From positions 17,391 through 81,390 of the forward strand of contig WFTQ01000065.1 of the NCBI GenBank assembly GCA_015485355.1: 64,000 nt of DNA, in the 5' to 3' direction. A program made the position numbers and the translations under genes. Below are positions 10,728 through 21,600 of this stretch, piece by piece. Source of the stretch: a bacterium. GTDB lineage: Bacteria > Calditrichota > Calditrichia > RBG-13-44-9 > J042. How positions within the stretch are numbered: position 1 is the stretch's first letter; every line of letters begins with the position of its first letter. The notes under the pieces were generated by a model. That model worked only from the letters and a program-made list of their open reading frames with translations. It ran no database searches and was not told where the DNA came from.

Positions 10728-13130
10728 ATGGAAAAAAGGATGGGGAGAACCGTGGAAAGGCTAAAAATTGTCGGGCTGGTGTTTGTATTATGGGGAATTG
10801 CCGTTTGGGCTTCGGGGGTGAAACGAGTGGACGTGCAGGTATCTATGCCGACGTTCCATGAAGCAGAGGATCAACTTTATCTGGAAATGACCATCACCAA
10901 TCGCAGCCGGTTTGCCGTTCGGGAGGCCCGAATCTATTACCGGGAAAGCGGGGAGGCGGATTTTCGGTGGATACGCATGGAACCTCAAGGGTTTCGCTAC
11001 TCCGCCGCTGTGAATACGGGAAATTTGAACACTCCGCTGATGGAATATTATTTTGATTTACAATTCGAAGACGGGATGCATCAAACCTATCCGGAGGGAG
11101 CACCTATCGCCGGTTTGCTCACGTACTCCCTGCCTCAAATGGGCCCCACCGATGAAAATATTTTAATAATCAGTCCCGAACCCAACGAAGAAATTTACAC
11201 CGATGAATTGATCATCACCGTATCGTTTCCTCGTTTTAGCGCCCAGGTGGATAAGGAACGCATTCGGTTGTTTTTAGACACCTGGGAAGTCTCCAAATCC
11301 CGATTTTTCCAGGTGTTTGACGATTTTCTCACTTTCTCGCCCAATCAAATTCCCCCGGGGAAACATCGCATTCGGTTAGAATTATACGATCGGGGGGGGA
11401 AATTGCTGGCCCGGACCGAATGGAATTTCGTGGCCCACCGACGGACAGGCCCGCGGGCCATCACCGAAGCATTGACCCTTACGGGAAACGTTTTCGCCGA
11501 AAGCCGCCAGGAAGTCCTTCAAGATGCAACTTCGTCCATTCTCTACAATCGAACGGGTCTGGATCTGAATGGCAGCTATGGCAATGTACTATTCGGATCC
11601 CGAATATTTGTCTCCAATCAGGAAAAAAAAGACCGCCAGCCGATCAACCGCTTTTCGGGTTTCCTTCAATACTCATTCTGGAACAACCGTTACCTTCGCC
11701 TGGACCTCGGCGACAGTTACCCCATCTTCGGCCCCATTTCCTTGCAAAATATTTTTGTGCGCGGGTTTTACGGACAACTGTTCCTGAAATTTCTCAATCT
11801 GGAATTTTCTCAGGGTTACATTCAGCGGGCCATTGCCTCTAAGACCCTCGCACCAGGAGATACGGTTCCGGGAACGTTTCAGAGAAACCTGACCGCCATC
11901 CGTACCAGCTTTGGCGCCCGACGCAAGTTCCAGATCGGGTTTTCCTATCTGAAAGGCAGGGACGAGGTGCAATCCCTGAACGGCCCGGCCGTGGAACCGC
12001 CCAAGGAGAATCTGGTGATCGGCTCCGACGTTTATTTCGCTACAGCCGACCAGCGCTTCGTCCTGGAAGGGTATGTAAACGCCAGTTTTATTAACAATAA
12101 CATCACCGGCGGATCCATCCCCTTCGACACGCTGAAGACCAGCTTGCCGGACTCCGGTAAGGGCATGGAAAACCTCTACAACACGGCCAAACAGTTTATC
12201 ACCATTAATCAATATCTCAGCCTCATCCCAAGCGTGGCCTACCAGCTGCAGGCAAGATTCCGTTACTTCGGTAATTACGTGACGGTGGCGTTCCAGTCCA
12301 TTGAAGATGGATATTATAGTATGGGACAACCCTACTTGCTGTCCGACTACCAGGGCCTCAATTTCTCCGACAACATTAACCTCTTTCGCAATCAGGTCTT
12401 CCTGACGTTAGGGTTCCAATATTTTCAAAATAACGTGAAGGGTACCAAGGGGACGACCACGCGCACCCGTTCCATGTATTTCAATCTCTCTTACTTTCCT
12501 TCCGGAAATGCTCCATCGATAACCTTAGGATTCAACAATTATCAGCGGGGCAACGATTTGACCCGTCCGGATTCCCTTCGCCCCGAACTCCCAGAAAATA
12601 ATCAGACCAATACCTTCAATTTTTCCACCAATTATTCGGCCAACCTTCTGGGATTGGACCATCAGTTTACGATCAATTTAATGAGCTTCCAGCAGCGGGA
12701 TAGATTTTACAATACCGGAAACAGCAACTCGGGTCTGGTTGCCTTCATCACCAAGACCCGCTTTCAATTTCCTCTTACTACCACCCTGGAGGTTTCGTTA
12801 CAGCAAACGGAAAGCGCCAAAGGCAGCGACGTGGAGAGTCAGATTGCGGTGAACAATGTGGGGCTGGGGCTGGAATATCAACTGGGTAAGATATTTTCCC
12901 GCTCGGATAATTTGGCGGTGGCGTTGAATACACAGATCGGAACGGTAAACTCCATTATTCGTAATGCGGATCAGAACCTGAACTATACCCGTGCTTTTCT
13001 GAGTGGGCGTTTAATTTACTCGCTTCCTCGAATCGGCCGGTTTTCTTTAAACGCCGATTTTATTAATTACAGTGGCGATCAGGCCTATGTGGACTACATC
13101 CTGACGGCACGTTACGACCTAAGTTTTTAG
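10728..13130 (+). CDS. Putative outer-membrane beta-barrel protein with N-terminal Ig-like domains
   Basis: Signal peptide, alternating aromatic/polar strands in the C-terminal ~500 aa, terminal beta-signal-like ARYDLSF. Confidence 0.75.
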   Translation: MEKRMGRTVERLKIVGLVFVLWGIAVWASGVKRVDVQVSMPTFHEAEDQLYLEMTITNRSRFAVREARIYYRESGEADFRWIRMEPQGFRYSAAVNTGNLNTPLMEYYFDLQFEDGMHQTYPEGAPIAGLLTYSLPQMGPTDENILIISPEPNEEIYTDELIITVSFPRFSAQVDKERIRLFLDTWEVSKSRFFQVFDDFLTFSPNQIPPGKHRIRLELYDRGGKLLARTEWNFVAHRRTGPRAITEALTLTGNVFAESRQEVLQDATSSILYNRTGLDLNGSYGNVLFGSRIFVSNQEKKDRQPINRFSGFLQYSFWNNRYLRLDLGDSYPIFGPISLQNIFVRGFYGQLFLKFLNLEFSQGYIQRAIASKTLAPGDTVPGTFQRNLTAIRTSFGARRKFQIGFSYLKGRDEVQSLNGPAVEPPKENLVIGSDVYFATADQRFVLEGYVNASFINNNITGGSIPFDTLKTSLPDSGKGMENLYNTAKQFITINQYLSLIPSVAYQLQARFRYFGNYVTVAFQSIEDGYYSMGQPYLLSDYQGLNFSDNINLFRNQVFLTLGFQYFQNNVKGTKGTTTRTRSMYFNLSYFPSGNAPSITLGFNNYQRGNDLTRPDSLRPELPENNQTNTFNFSTNYSANLLGLDHQFTINLMSFQQRDRFYNTGNSNSGLVAFITKTRFQFPLTTTLEVSLQQTESAKGSDVESQIAVNNVGLGLEYQLGKIFSRSDNLAVALNTQIGTVNSIIRNADQNLNYTRAFLSGRLIYSLPRIGRFSLNADFINYSGDQAYVDYILTARYDLSF

Positions 13131-13141
13131 AGCAAGGCCGG

Positions 13142-15253
13142 ATGAAGAAAAACCCCATTGTTCCTCCATTGCTCATTGGAGTGGGCGTGTTTTTACTCTC
13201 GGTGATGCTGAGCGCCATACCGGTGCTCAGCAGCCTGGAGCTGCGCACCATCGATTGGCGCTTTAGCTGGCGCGGAGTCGAGTCGGTGGAGGACTCCCCT
13301 ATCGTCATTGTTACCATCGATGATCAGTCTTTCGAGTCGCTTCCCGACCGCTGGCCCTGGCCCCGCTCTTACTATGCCCATGTTATCGACAACCTGACCC
13401 AGGCGGGGGCGCGGGTGATTGGCCTGGATATCATTTTCGACATCCCGGACCCCTATGGCCCGGAGAAGGATCAGATGCTGGCCGATGCCATCCGCCGGGC
13501 CGGTAATGTGGTGTTGACCGGTAAATTGGAAGAAACTGTGGGCCGAGTCCGCTACCCCTATCTGAACAAGCCTCTCCCTCTGTTGTTGGAAGCCGATAGC
13601 ACCTGGGGCATTGTGGCCATCCAATCGGATACCGACGGCATGTACCGCCGCTATTTCGTGGCACAGCGGTACCGGGAGCGTTGGCTGCCTTCATTCGGGC
13701 TCCAGGTCATCCGGAAATACCAAAATTACGGCCCCGAGGTGAAACCCAAACGCCTCCAGAAAGGCTTCCAATTCGGAGATTTCTTCATCCCTCTGTACGA
13801 CGAAAACACCATGTTAATTAATTTCGCCGGACCCCGGAAAACGTTTCCGTATTACTCCTTTGATACCGTCATCGACGACGAAGATTTCGATCTGAAAGGC
13901 GAATTCGATCTGGACTATTTCAACGAACTACTGCAGGAGGGGGTGTTTAAAGATAAGATCGTTCTGATCGGCTCGACGGTCTCCGAATTGCACGACAATT
14001 TCCCGACCCCTTTTCTGGAATACACCGACCGGCAGGGCAATCGCTTCAAGGCGGAAATGCCCGGTGTAGAAATCCACGCCAACGCCATTCGTACCATCCT
14101 GAATCACCTGTATTATTTTCACATGCATCCCGTATTATTTTTCGCCCTGGTTTTGCTTCTGATTTTCGTTGTTCAGTTGATCACCTTTCGGTTACCCACC
14201 CTCGCCGCGGTCCTGTTCACCATGGGGATGATTCTGCTTTATAACCTCTTGCAGTTTTATCTGTTTGCCAATTATCGTTTAATAATGGAAATGGTCTTTC
14301 CCACGCTGGCGATTTTTCTGTCCTTTGTGGGTAACAATATTTACCAGTACATCGTTACCCAACGGGAAAAACAGATGATTTTTGGGGCATTCCAGCAATA
14401 TGTTCCTGAGAAAGTGGTCAAGGAGTTATTGGCCCATCCAGAGAAGTTAACCCTGGGGGGCGAAGAGCGGTTTATGACGGTCATGTTTTCCGATGTAGCC
14501 AATTTTACTTCCATTTCCGAAAACATGACCCCCCGGGAACTGGTCAATTTGATCAACGAGTATTTGTCGGAAATGACCGATATTATTTTGAAATACGATG
14601 GAATTATCGACAAGTATGAAGGCGACGCCATTATGGCCGAGTTTGGAGCGCCTGTGTATTTCGACGATCATGCCGCCAAAGCCTGTGCGGCGGCCCTGGA
14701 AATGCAAAAACGACTCAAGGAGCTGGGGGAGCGCTGGCGTAAACAGAACCGCCCTGTGCTGACCTGCCGGGTTGGGATAAACAGCGGCAACATGATCGTG
14801 GGTAACATGGGATCCCGGAAGGTGTTCGACTATACCGTACTGGGCGATGAGGTCAACCTGGCTTCCCGCCTGGAAGGGGCCAATAAAATCTTTCAAACCC
14901 ATATCATGATTTCGGAAAGTACCTACAAACTGGTCAAAGAGGAATTCGTTACCCGACCGCTGGATTTGATCCGGGTCAAGGGGAAAAAAAAGCCGGTTCA
15001 GGTCTTCGAATTGATCGCCCGAAAAAACGAAAAACTGCCCACCAGTTATCGGGAAATTTTACCCGTCTATCTCAATGGCATTCGCTATTACCAAACCCGC
15101 CAGTGGGATAAAGCCATCGAATGCTTTACCTATTGCTTGCGCATTAAACCCAACGACGGCCCCTCCAAGCAATATTTACAGCGGGTTAAGGCCTATCAAC
15201 TCAACCCGCCGCCCCCCGATTGGGATGGAGTATTTACCCTTACCACCAAGTAA
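13142..15253 (+). CDS. CHASE2-domain class III adenylate cyclase
   Basis: IVIVTIDD, RWPWPR, PGVEIHANAI (CHASE2); 3 TM; FSDVANFT, DKYEGDAIMA, DYTVLGDEVNLASRLE (cyclase); C-terminal TPR-like tail. Confidence 0.93.
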   Translation: MKKNPIVPPLLIGVGVFLLSVMLSAIPVLSSLELRTIDWRFSWRGVESVEDSPIVIVTIDDQSFESLPDRWPWPRSYYAHVIDNLTQAGARVIGLDIIFDIPDPYGPEKDQMLADAIRRAGNVVLTGKLEETVGRVRYPYLNKPLPLLLEADSTWGIVAIQSDTDGMYRRYFVAQRYRERWLPSFGLQVIRKYQNYGPEVKPKRLQKGFQFGDFFIPLYDENTMLINFAGPRKTFPYYSFDTVIDDEDFDLKGEFDLDYFNELLQEGVFKDKIVLIGSTVSELHDNFPTPFLEYTDRQGNRFKAEMPGVEIHANAIRTILNHLYYFHMHPVLFFALVLLLIFVVQLITFRLPTLAAVLFTMGMILLYNLLQFYLFANYRLIMEMVFPTLAIFLSFVGNNIYQYIVTQREKQMIFGAFQQYVPEKVVKELLAHPEKLTLGGEERFMTVMFSDVANFTSISENMTPRELVNLINEYLSEMTDIILKYDGIIDKYEGDAIMAEFGAPVYFDDHAAKACAAALEMQKRLKELGERWRKQNRPVLTCRVGINSGNMIVGNMGSRKVFDYTVLGDEVNLASRLEGANKIFQTHIMISESTYKLVKEEFVTRPLDLIRVKGKKKPVQVFELIARKNEKLPTSYREILPVYLNGIRYYQTRQWDKAIECFTYCLRIKPNDGPSKQYLQRVKAYQLNPPPPDWDGVFTLTTK

Positions 15254-15329
15254 ACGGCAGATTCCCTGCACGTTCGTGGGGAGAAGCGCCCGGCCGCCGC
15301 TTCTCGTCCCCATTTTGTTCGCCGGAAAG

Positions 15330-16217
15330 TCAGGTTTCGTAACTCCAACGGCTCTTGTCGCGAAAATCTTCTCCCCAGCGGAGCTTGCTGTTCAACAGGG
15401 CAAAGAAGTCGCTCTTTTCGTGCTTTACCAGACGCGTCGTATACTCGGCTTTTTCGATGACGATCCGCGTGCGACTCTTACAATAGCGCACATCTCGACC
15501 ATCCCCTACCACCACCACCTCGGGATGTTCGGTATACACAGTGGCGGATATTTTCACGGTGTCGGGCAGAATCACCGGGCGGTTGGTAAGCGAGTGAGGT
15601 GCAATGGGATTGATGATCAGCACCCGTGTAGAGGGAATGACAATGGGCCCACCCACAGACAACGAATAACCCGTGGAACCCGTAGGCGTGGAGATCAATA
15701 AACCATCGGCGATATAATTGTTCAAATAGCGGTCGTTCACCTTGGTGGTTATCTGAATCACTCGAGGAGAACTCCCCTTATCGATGGTAATTTCATTGAG
15801 GGCGAATATGGGACGCTCATCGCCCTCAATGGATGCCCGCACCATCAAGCGCTCTTCGATGTGGTATTTGCCCTGCAAAATCTCCCGAAAAATCACTTCG
15901 AACTTTTCCAAAGGAATTTCTGTTAAAAATCCCAGCCCCCCCACGTTGATCCCCAAAATGGGAATCTGTTCGCGGTACACCAGTTGCACGGTCTTTAAAA
16001 TCGTTCCGTCTCCGCCAAAGGCCAGGATCATGTCGAACCGATCATCCATTTCCTGCTCCGAAAAGGTCGGATAATCCTGGATGGGAAACTGGGATGCTTC
16101 GACAATTTGTTCCGATAAGGCAACCTCTACTCGATGTTTTTTGAACCAATGGAGCAAATAGGGAAGCCGTTCCCAGAACAGCCGTTTACGCACATTAGCG
16201 ATCAGAGCAAACTTCAA
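15330..16217 (-). CDS. nadK: NAD(+) kinase
   Basis: GGDGT, GINVGGLGFL, ALNE, DGLLISTPTGSTGYSLS; TTG start with SD AAGGAG. Confidence 0.95.
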   Translation of the reverse strand: MKFALIANVRKRLFWERLPYLLHWFKKHRVEVALSEQIVEASQFPIQDYPTFSEQEMDDRFDMILAFGGDGTILKTVQLVYREQIPILGINVGGLGFLTEIPLEKFEVIFREILQGKYHIEERLMVRASIEGDERPIFALNEITIDKGSSPRVIQITTKVNDRYLNNYIADGLLISTPTGSTGYSLSVGGPIVIPSTRVLIINPIAPHSLTNRPVILPDTVKISATVYTEHPEVVVVGDGRDVRYCKSRTRIVIEKAEYTTRLVKHEKSDFFALLNSKLRWGEDFRDKSRWSYET

Positions 16218-16253
16218 AGCACGGCTCCTTATGGTGAAATCGTCCTTCTTTAC

Positions 16254-16282
16254 AAATTAAAGGCTTACAAAGGATCAATCAA
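16254..16282 (-). promoter_or_regulatory. Putative nadK promoter
   Basis: TTGATT-N17-TAATTT(G) on minus strand; divergent from smpB promoter. Confidence 0.5.
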
Positions 16283-16328
16283 GCTTTTCCTGAAAGTGGC
16301 CTCTGGATGCTCCGGGAACACATTTTGC

Positions 16329-16357
16329 TTGTAAAAAGGGGAGCGATACCCTAATTT
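16329..16357 (+). promoter_or_regulatory. Putative smpB-tyrS promoter
   Basis: TTGTAA-N17-TAATTT. Confidence 0.5.
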
Positions 16358-16384
16358 TTAGAGTTTGGAAGGATTGAAAAGGCC

Positions 16385-16852
16385 ATGACGTCGGAAAAAG
16401 TCCACATCGTTACCTCCAATCGCAAAGCGTATCACGATTATCAAATTTTGGAGACGCTGGAAGCGGGGATTGTGTTGACCGGCACCGAGGTGAAATCCCT
16501 TCGGCTGGGAAAATGCAGTTTAAAAGACGCCTACGCCCGGATTCGGGACGGCGAGGCCTGGCTGATCGGGATGCATATCAGTCCCTACGAGAATGCCGGA
16601 TATGCCTCCCACGATCCTTTCCGGGAGCGGAAGTTGTTGTTGCACAAGGACGAAATCAAACGTCTGTGGCGGAAAGTTCAGGAGAAAGGCGTAACCCTGA
16701 TCCCTTTGAAAGTGTATTTCAAGCGGGGTCGGGCTAAAATCGAATTGGGCCTGGCTACCGGGAAAAAGAAATACGACAAGCGGCAGGAAATAGCCCGGAG
16801 AGACCAGGAACGGGAAATGAAACGCCTGGAAAAACGGTATCGTGTTAAGTGA
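16385..16852 (+). CDS. smpB: SsrA-binding protein
   Basis: NRKAYHDY, EAGIVLTGTEVKSLR, RKLLLHK, GKKKYDKR. Confidence 0.97.
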   Translation: MTSEKVHIVTSNRKAYHDYQILETLEAGIVLTGTEVKSLRLGKCSLKDAYARIRDGEAWLIGMHISPYENAGYASHDPFRERKLLLHKDEIKRLWRKVQEKGVTLIPLKVYFKRGRAKIELGLATGKKKYDKRQEIARRDQEREMKRLEKRYRVK

Positions 16853-16940
16853 AGCGGGTGATGAAAATTCATGGGCTTTGGAAGGAGCCTTTTCCGTTTA
16901 AATCCAAGGTAGACTAAGAGGCAAAAGCAAGGTGGATCGG

Positions 16941-18167
16941 ATGAAACGGCCATTTCCTCCGGTAGAGGATCAGTTGGAAATTATCGCCCGCGGGACGGTG
17001 GATTTGCTTCCGCTGGATGAGTTGAAGAGGAAGTTGGAGCGGAGTTACCGCACCGGCCGGCCCTTGCGGATCAAGCAGGGATTTGATCCCACGGCACCGG
17101 ACATCCATCTGGGGCACACGGTGGGATTAAGAAAATTAAAACAGTTTCAGGATCTGGGTCACCAGGTGGTGCTCATCATCGGCGACTATACCGGAATGGT
17201 GGGAGACCCCAGCGAAAAATCGGCCACCCGTCCCCGCCTGACCCACGAAGAAGTGTTGGAAAACGCCAGAACCTACGAGCATCAGTTTTTTAAAATCCTG
17301 GACCCCGAACAGACCGAGGTGCGCTACAACGGGGAATGGTTCAGCAAAATGAGCTTTGCCGAAGTCATGGAACTGGCCTCCAAGTTCACCGTTGCCCGGA
17401 TGCTGGAGCGAGACGACTTTGCCCGGCGCTTCGCCCGGAATCAGCCCATCAGTATCCACGAGTTGTTTTATCCCTTGATGCAGGGCTACGACAGTGTGAT
17501 GATTCGATCCGATGTGGAGATCGGGGCCACGGAACAGAAGTTTAATCTGGTCACCGGACGGGATATTCAACGGGAGTACGGCCAGGAGCCCCAGATCGTG
17601 CTCACCTTGCCCGTGCTGGTGGGCATCGATGGAGTGAATCGGATGAGTAAATCGTTGGGCAATTATATCGGCATCGACGAACCGCCCGAGGAAATGTTTG
17701 GAAAGACCATGCGCATCCCCGATGAACAGATCTATCCTTACTTCGAGCTGGTGACCGATGTAACTTTAGAAGCGTTGCGGGACATTCGGCGGCAACTGCA
17801 GGACCCTCGGGTCAATCCCCGTGATGTGAAACGACGGCTGGCTTTTACCATCGTGCGGATGTACCACGGGGAGGCGGCTGCACGGCGCGCAGCGGCCCAT
17901 TTCGAACGGGTGGTGGTGCACAAGGAAATCCCCGAGGAGATCGCCGAGTACCCGGTAAGTCCGGGGAACCATCGCTTGCTGGATATTCTGGTGAATGCAG
18001 GGCTGGTCAGCAGCAAATCCGAGGCCCGTCGACGCATTCGGCAGGGGGCCGTTTCCATCGATGGTTCTGTTGTCGAGGACGAATTCTGCGAACTGTACAT
18101 CCAGAAGCCCGTGGTGATTCGGGCCGGCAAACGCGCCTTTGTCCGAGTGGTGCCTTCGGATCCATAA
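16941..18167 (+). CDS. tyrS: Tyrosine--tRNA ligase
   Basis: GFDPTAPDIHLGH, YPLMQGYD, RMSKSLGN, C-terminal S4 domain. Confidence 0.96.
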   Translation: MKRPFPPVEDQLEIIARGTVDLLPLDELKRKLERSYRTGRPLRIKQGFDPTAPDIHLGHTVGLRKLKQFQDLGHQVVLIIGDYTGMVGDPSEKSATRPRLTHEEVLENARTYEHQFFKILDPEQTEVRYNGEWFSKMSFAEVMELASKFTVARMLERDDFARRFARNQPISIHELFYPLMQGYDSVMIRSDVEIGATEQKFNLVTGRDIQREYGQEPQIVLTLPVLVGIDGVNRMSKSLGNYIGIDEPPEEMFGKTMRIPDEQIYPYFELVTDVTLEALRDIRRQLQDPRVNPRDVKRRLAFTIVRMYHGEAAARRAAAHFERVVVHKEIPEEIAEYPVSPGNHRLLDILVNAGLVSSKSEARRRIRQGAVSIDGSVVEDEFCELYIQKPVVIRAGKRAFVRVVPSDP

Positions 18168-18622
18168 AGCTTTATGCCGGGTTGAAGGGAACAATCACCC
18201 CCTGGTCGATCAACCCAAACACCTTCCAGCGACGTACAATGCTTCGTAAATGGGGGGGAGTCCATCCGGTTTGCCTCGGCACGTTGCTTCAAGGGAAGTC
18301 CTTTATCCACCGGAGCTTAGGGAAGAAAAATTCGAAAAATCGGGAGGGAAGAGGACGTTGGACCGATACGTCACCGATGGCCTTTTTGATGGCCGCATCA
18401 CGGGTGGATGGGGGGATGGAAACGACACTTTCATCCGGGGAAGGCGATCTGCTTTTCCATCGATTGAAAATGGTCGGCCAAGGGATGGGTGGGCTTGCGC
18501 TTATCGATGCAGAAGGGTCGGCGGAACGACTGGAATGGCGCACCGGAGGATATCGGCGGGGCGTTCATCCGCCCGACCGCTGTGGAGCGAAATGTTCACT
18601 CCCAAACGGGGGGCATGCCGAA

Positions 18623-21600
18623 CTAACGCGGGTTCGACGACTTGCCTCTCACTTTCGCTTTGGGCTTATCTTCCAGTAATTTGCGAATCGTTTGCAATAA
18701 TTTTTGTGAAGAAAACGGTTTCTGAATGAAGAGGGCGCCTTCGGTAGATTGCAGATGGTATTGGATGGTATTGTCGGTATATCCCGACATGAAAATGATT
18801 TTTAGACGGGGGTGTTTCTGCTTCAGGCTGCGTCCCAACTCCGGGCCGTTTATGGAAGGCATCACCACATCGGTCAGCAACAGATCGATCGGTCCTTTAT
18901 AATGTTGTCCGATTTCCAGGGCCTCCTCTCCATTTTGGGCGGCCAGTACCCGGTAGCCGTGATCTTTTAAGATGGTGATGGCCAGTTGACGAACCATTTC
19001 CTCGTCTTCCACAATTAGAATGGTTTCGTTGCCCATCAGTGTGGAAATGGTGGATTTTCGTGATGTCGGGAGGGGGGCGGTTTCCATGATTCGCGGTAGA
19101 TAAATTTTAAATGTGGTTCCTTGACCCGGCTCGCTATACACCAGAATGTAACCGTTGCTCTGCTTAATGATTCCATACACGGTGGAAAGACCCAAACCGG
19201 TGCCTTTGCCTTTTTCTTTCGTGGTAAAGAAGGGTTCGAAGATGTGGTCTTGAATCTCTTTGCTCATGCCGATGCCGGTATCGCTGACCGCCAGCATCAC
19301 ATAAGGGCCTTCTTTGATGTCGAAGTGGGTGCGGGTATAATTTTCATCCAGCCATACGTTCTGTGTTTCAATGATGATTTTACCGCCCTGGGGCATGGCA
19401 TCTCGTGCATTGACCACCAGATTTACCAGCACCTGTTCCATTTGCATGGGATCGATCTTGGTGTTACCCAGGTCGCCGGCCAGACAGGTTTCGATATCGA
19501 TGTTTTCCCGGATCAGGCGCCGCAGCATCCGCAGCAGTCCGGTGATCAGGCGGTTCAGGTTCACGACTTCGGGTTTCATCACCTGACGCCGACTAAAAGC
19601 CAGCAGCTGGCTGGTCAGCGAGGCCGCTTTTTCCCCGGCATTCTGAATCATCTGGATTTTATTATAGGCCGGATCATCGGGTGGCAGTTGGGTCAACAAT
19701 AATTCGCAATATCCGTTGATGACGGTCAACAGGTTGTTAAAGTCGTGGGCTATGCCGCCGGCCAGCTGTCCAATGGCTTCCATTTTTTGAGACTGGCGCA
19801 GCTGTTCTTCCAGTTTCTTGTGCTCGGTTACATCGAATAAATAGCCCTGAATTCCGCGCAATCGTCCCCGTCGGTCGAAGATACCGATCACGTTTTCGAT
19901 GATGTGAATGGGCCTGCCGTCTCGCCGATTTAATTGCACCTCGATTTGTTCCAGTTTCTTTTCCTTTTTCAGCCGACGAACCAGTTCGCTCCACTGTTCG
20001 GGATTCGGGTAAAACTCCCGGAAGTTCGCCCGGGCGGCGGCCTTTACGGTGTCAAACCCCAGCATGCGGGCAAAAGCAGGATTGCAAAACTGAATGCGGC
20101 CCCGGGGGGTGGCGATGAAATCGCCGGTCAAATCCTGCTCAAAGAAACGGCGGAATCGCTCTTCACTTTCTTTGAGCCTCTCTTCCGCCTGAATACGTTC
20201 GGTGATGTCCCGCCCGGTGGAAACAAAATGGGTGATCTCGCCCCGACTGTTGCGGATGGGGGTGATGGTTTTTTCCTCGAAATACAGGGCGCCATTTTTG
20301 GCACGGTTTACAAATACGGCGCTGAAGGTGTTGCCGGAAAGAATTTCCTGCCACATTTTTTTGAAAAAGGAATCCGGGTGACGCCCGGATTTAAAAATTG
20401 CCGGGGTTTTCCCAATGATTTCTTCTTTGCGGTAGCCGGTACATTTTTCCACGCTGGAGTTGACATATTCGATAATCCCATTGCGGTCGGTGATAAAAAT
20501 ATGATCGTCGGTCTGCTGAATGGCGCTGTAGAGCCGTTTCATTTCCTCGGCCGTCTGAATCCGCTCGGACACATCGCGCACCACAACCTGCACCGAAGGT
20601 TTACCCTGCCATTCGAAGTAAGCCGCATCGGTTTCCACATGCACTTTCCGATGGTTAAGGCTGATCATTATACTGTCCACCCGTTTGATCTCCGAGGGCG
20701 ATTCCAGAACTTTTTGGAAGCATTCCTGGCAGTGAGGCCGTGATTCCGGGGCTAAAAATTCCTGGAAGTTTCGTCCCAAAATCTGGGCTTCGCTGTCGGC
20801 ATCCAGAATCTTCAACATCGCCGGACTGCACATTTGAATATGACCTTGCAGATCGATGATCATGATGCCGTTGGGCGATAGTTCGATTAACCGCCGAAAT
20901 TTTTCCTCACTTTCTCGGAGCGATTTTTCAATCTGGCGGCGTTCCTGGACTTCGGCCTTCAGCTTCCGGTTCGAGGTCTCCAGTTCCCGGGTGCGCCGGG
21001 AAACCAGCTTTTCCAGATGCTTCTGGTAATTCTTTAATTCCTTCTCGATTTGCTTGAATATGGTAATGTCCCGGAATTTCCACATGTAATAGATGGTTTC
21101 GCTGTTCTCGTCGATGGGAACCAGGTATTGTTCCAGGATTTTTCCACTCGTGAGGTGAATTTCCACCCCCACGGGCATCGGAGAGCCGTTGTGCGATTGT
21201 GGCCGGGCGAAGATGCGTGGGTTTTTAAACTGGCGACGAAGGTGGTCCCGCAGGTCTTTCAATGGTTGGCCAATGATGGTTTCCTCGTCTCGCAGCAGCT
21301 CGAAGATGTGTCGGAACGCATTATTGATATAGATGATGCGTTTCGATTTGTCTTCCACCAGAATGCCTTCGGTCAATGTGTTCATCAGGGTGTTTAAGAA
21401 CGTGCTCAGGTGGCGCAATTCTCCTTCCATCCTTTGCCGTTCCCGGATCTCTTCAATCAGCCGGGCCTGGGCCAGATTGCCCTCCAGCGAATGAGCAAAT
21501 TTGACCAGCACATTGCGCAATTGCCGGAGGGTGTGTTGATGGTAAGGGATTCGGTTTGGCGGACAATACAGCTTTAAAAAGCCGATTTCTCCCAGGCGGA

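Noticed and set aside
11673-12329. 218-aa antisense ORF as explanation for the codon shift
   Set aside because: Covers only a fifth of the shifted tract, looks like a typical shadow ORF, and antisense stops are frequent in the rest of the tract
12541-12665. ATCAG recurring at 60-nt spacing three times
   Set aside because: Only 5 nt, derives from YQ/NQ/HQ codons, and does not extend further
18608-18640. GGGGGC...GGGTTCGAC resembling a tmRNA 5' end near smpB
   Set aside because: Spacing is too long, it runs into the kinase CDS, and no matching 3' T-arm/CCA end was found
18182-18729. Two 160-aa plus-strand ORFs in the tyrS-kinase gap
   Set aside because: Weak starts, atypical composition, overlap with the kinase 3' end, no motifs
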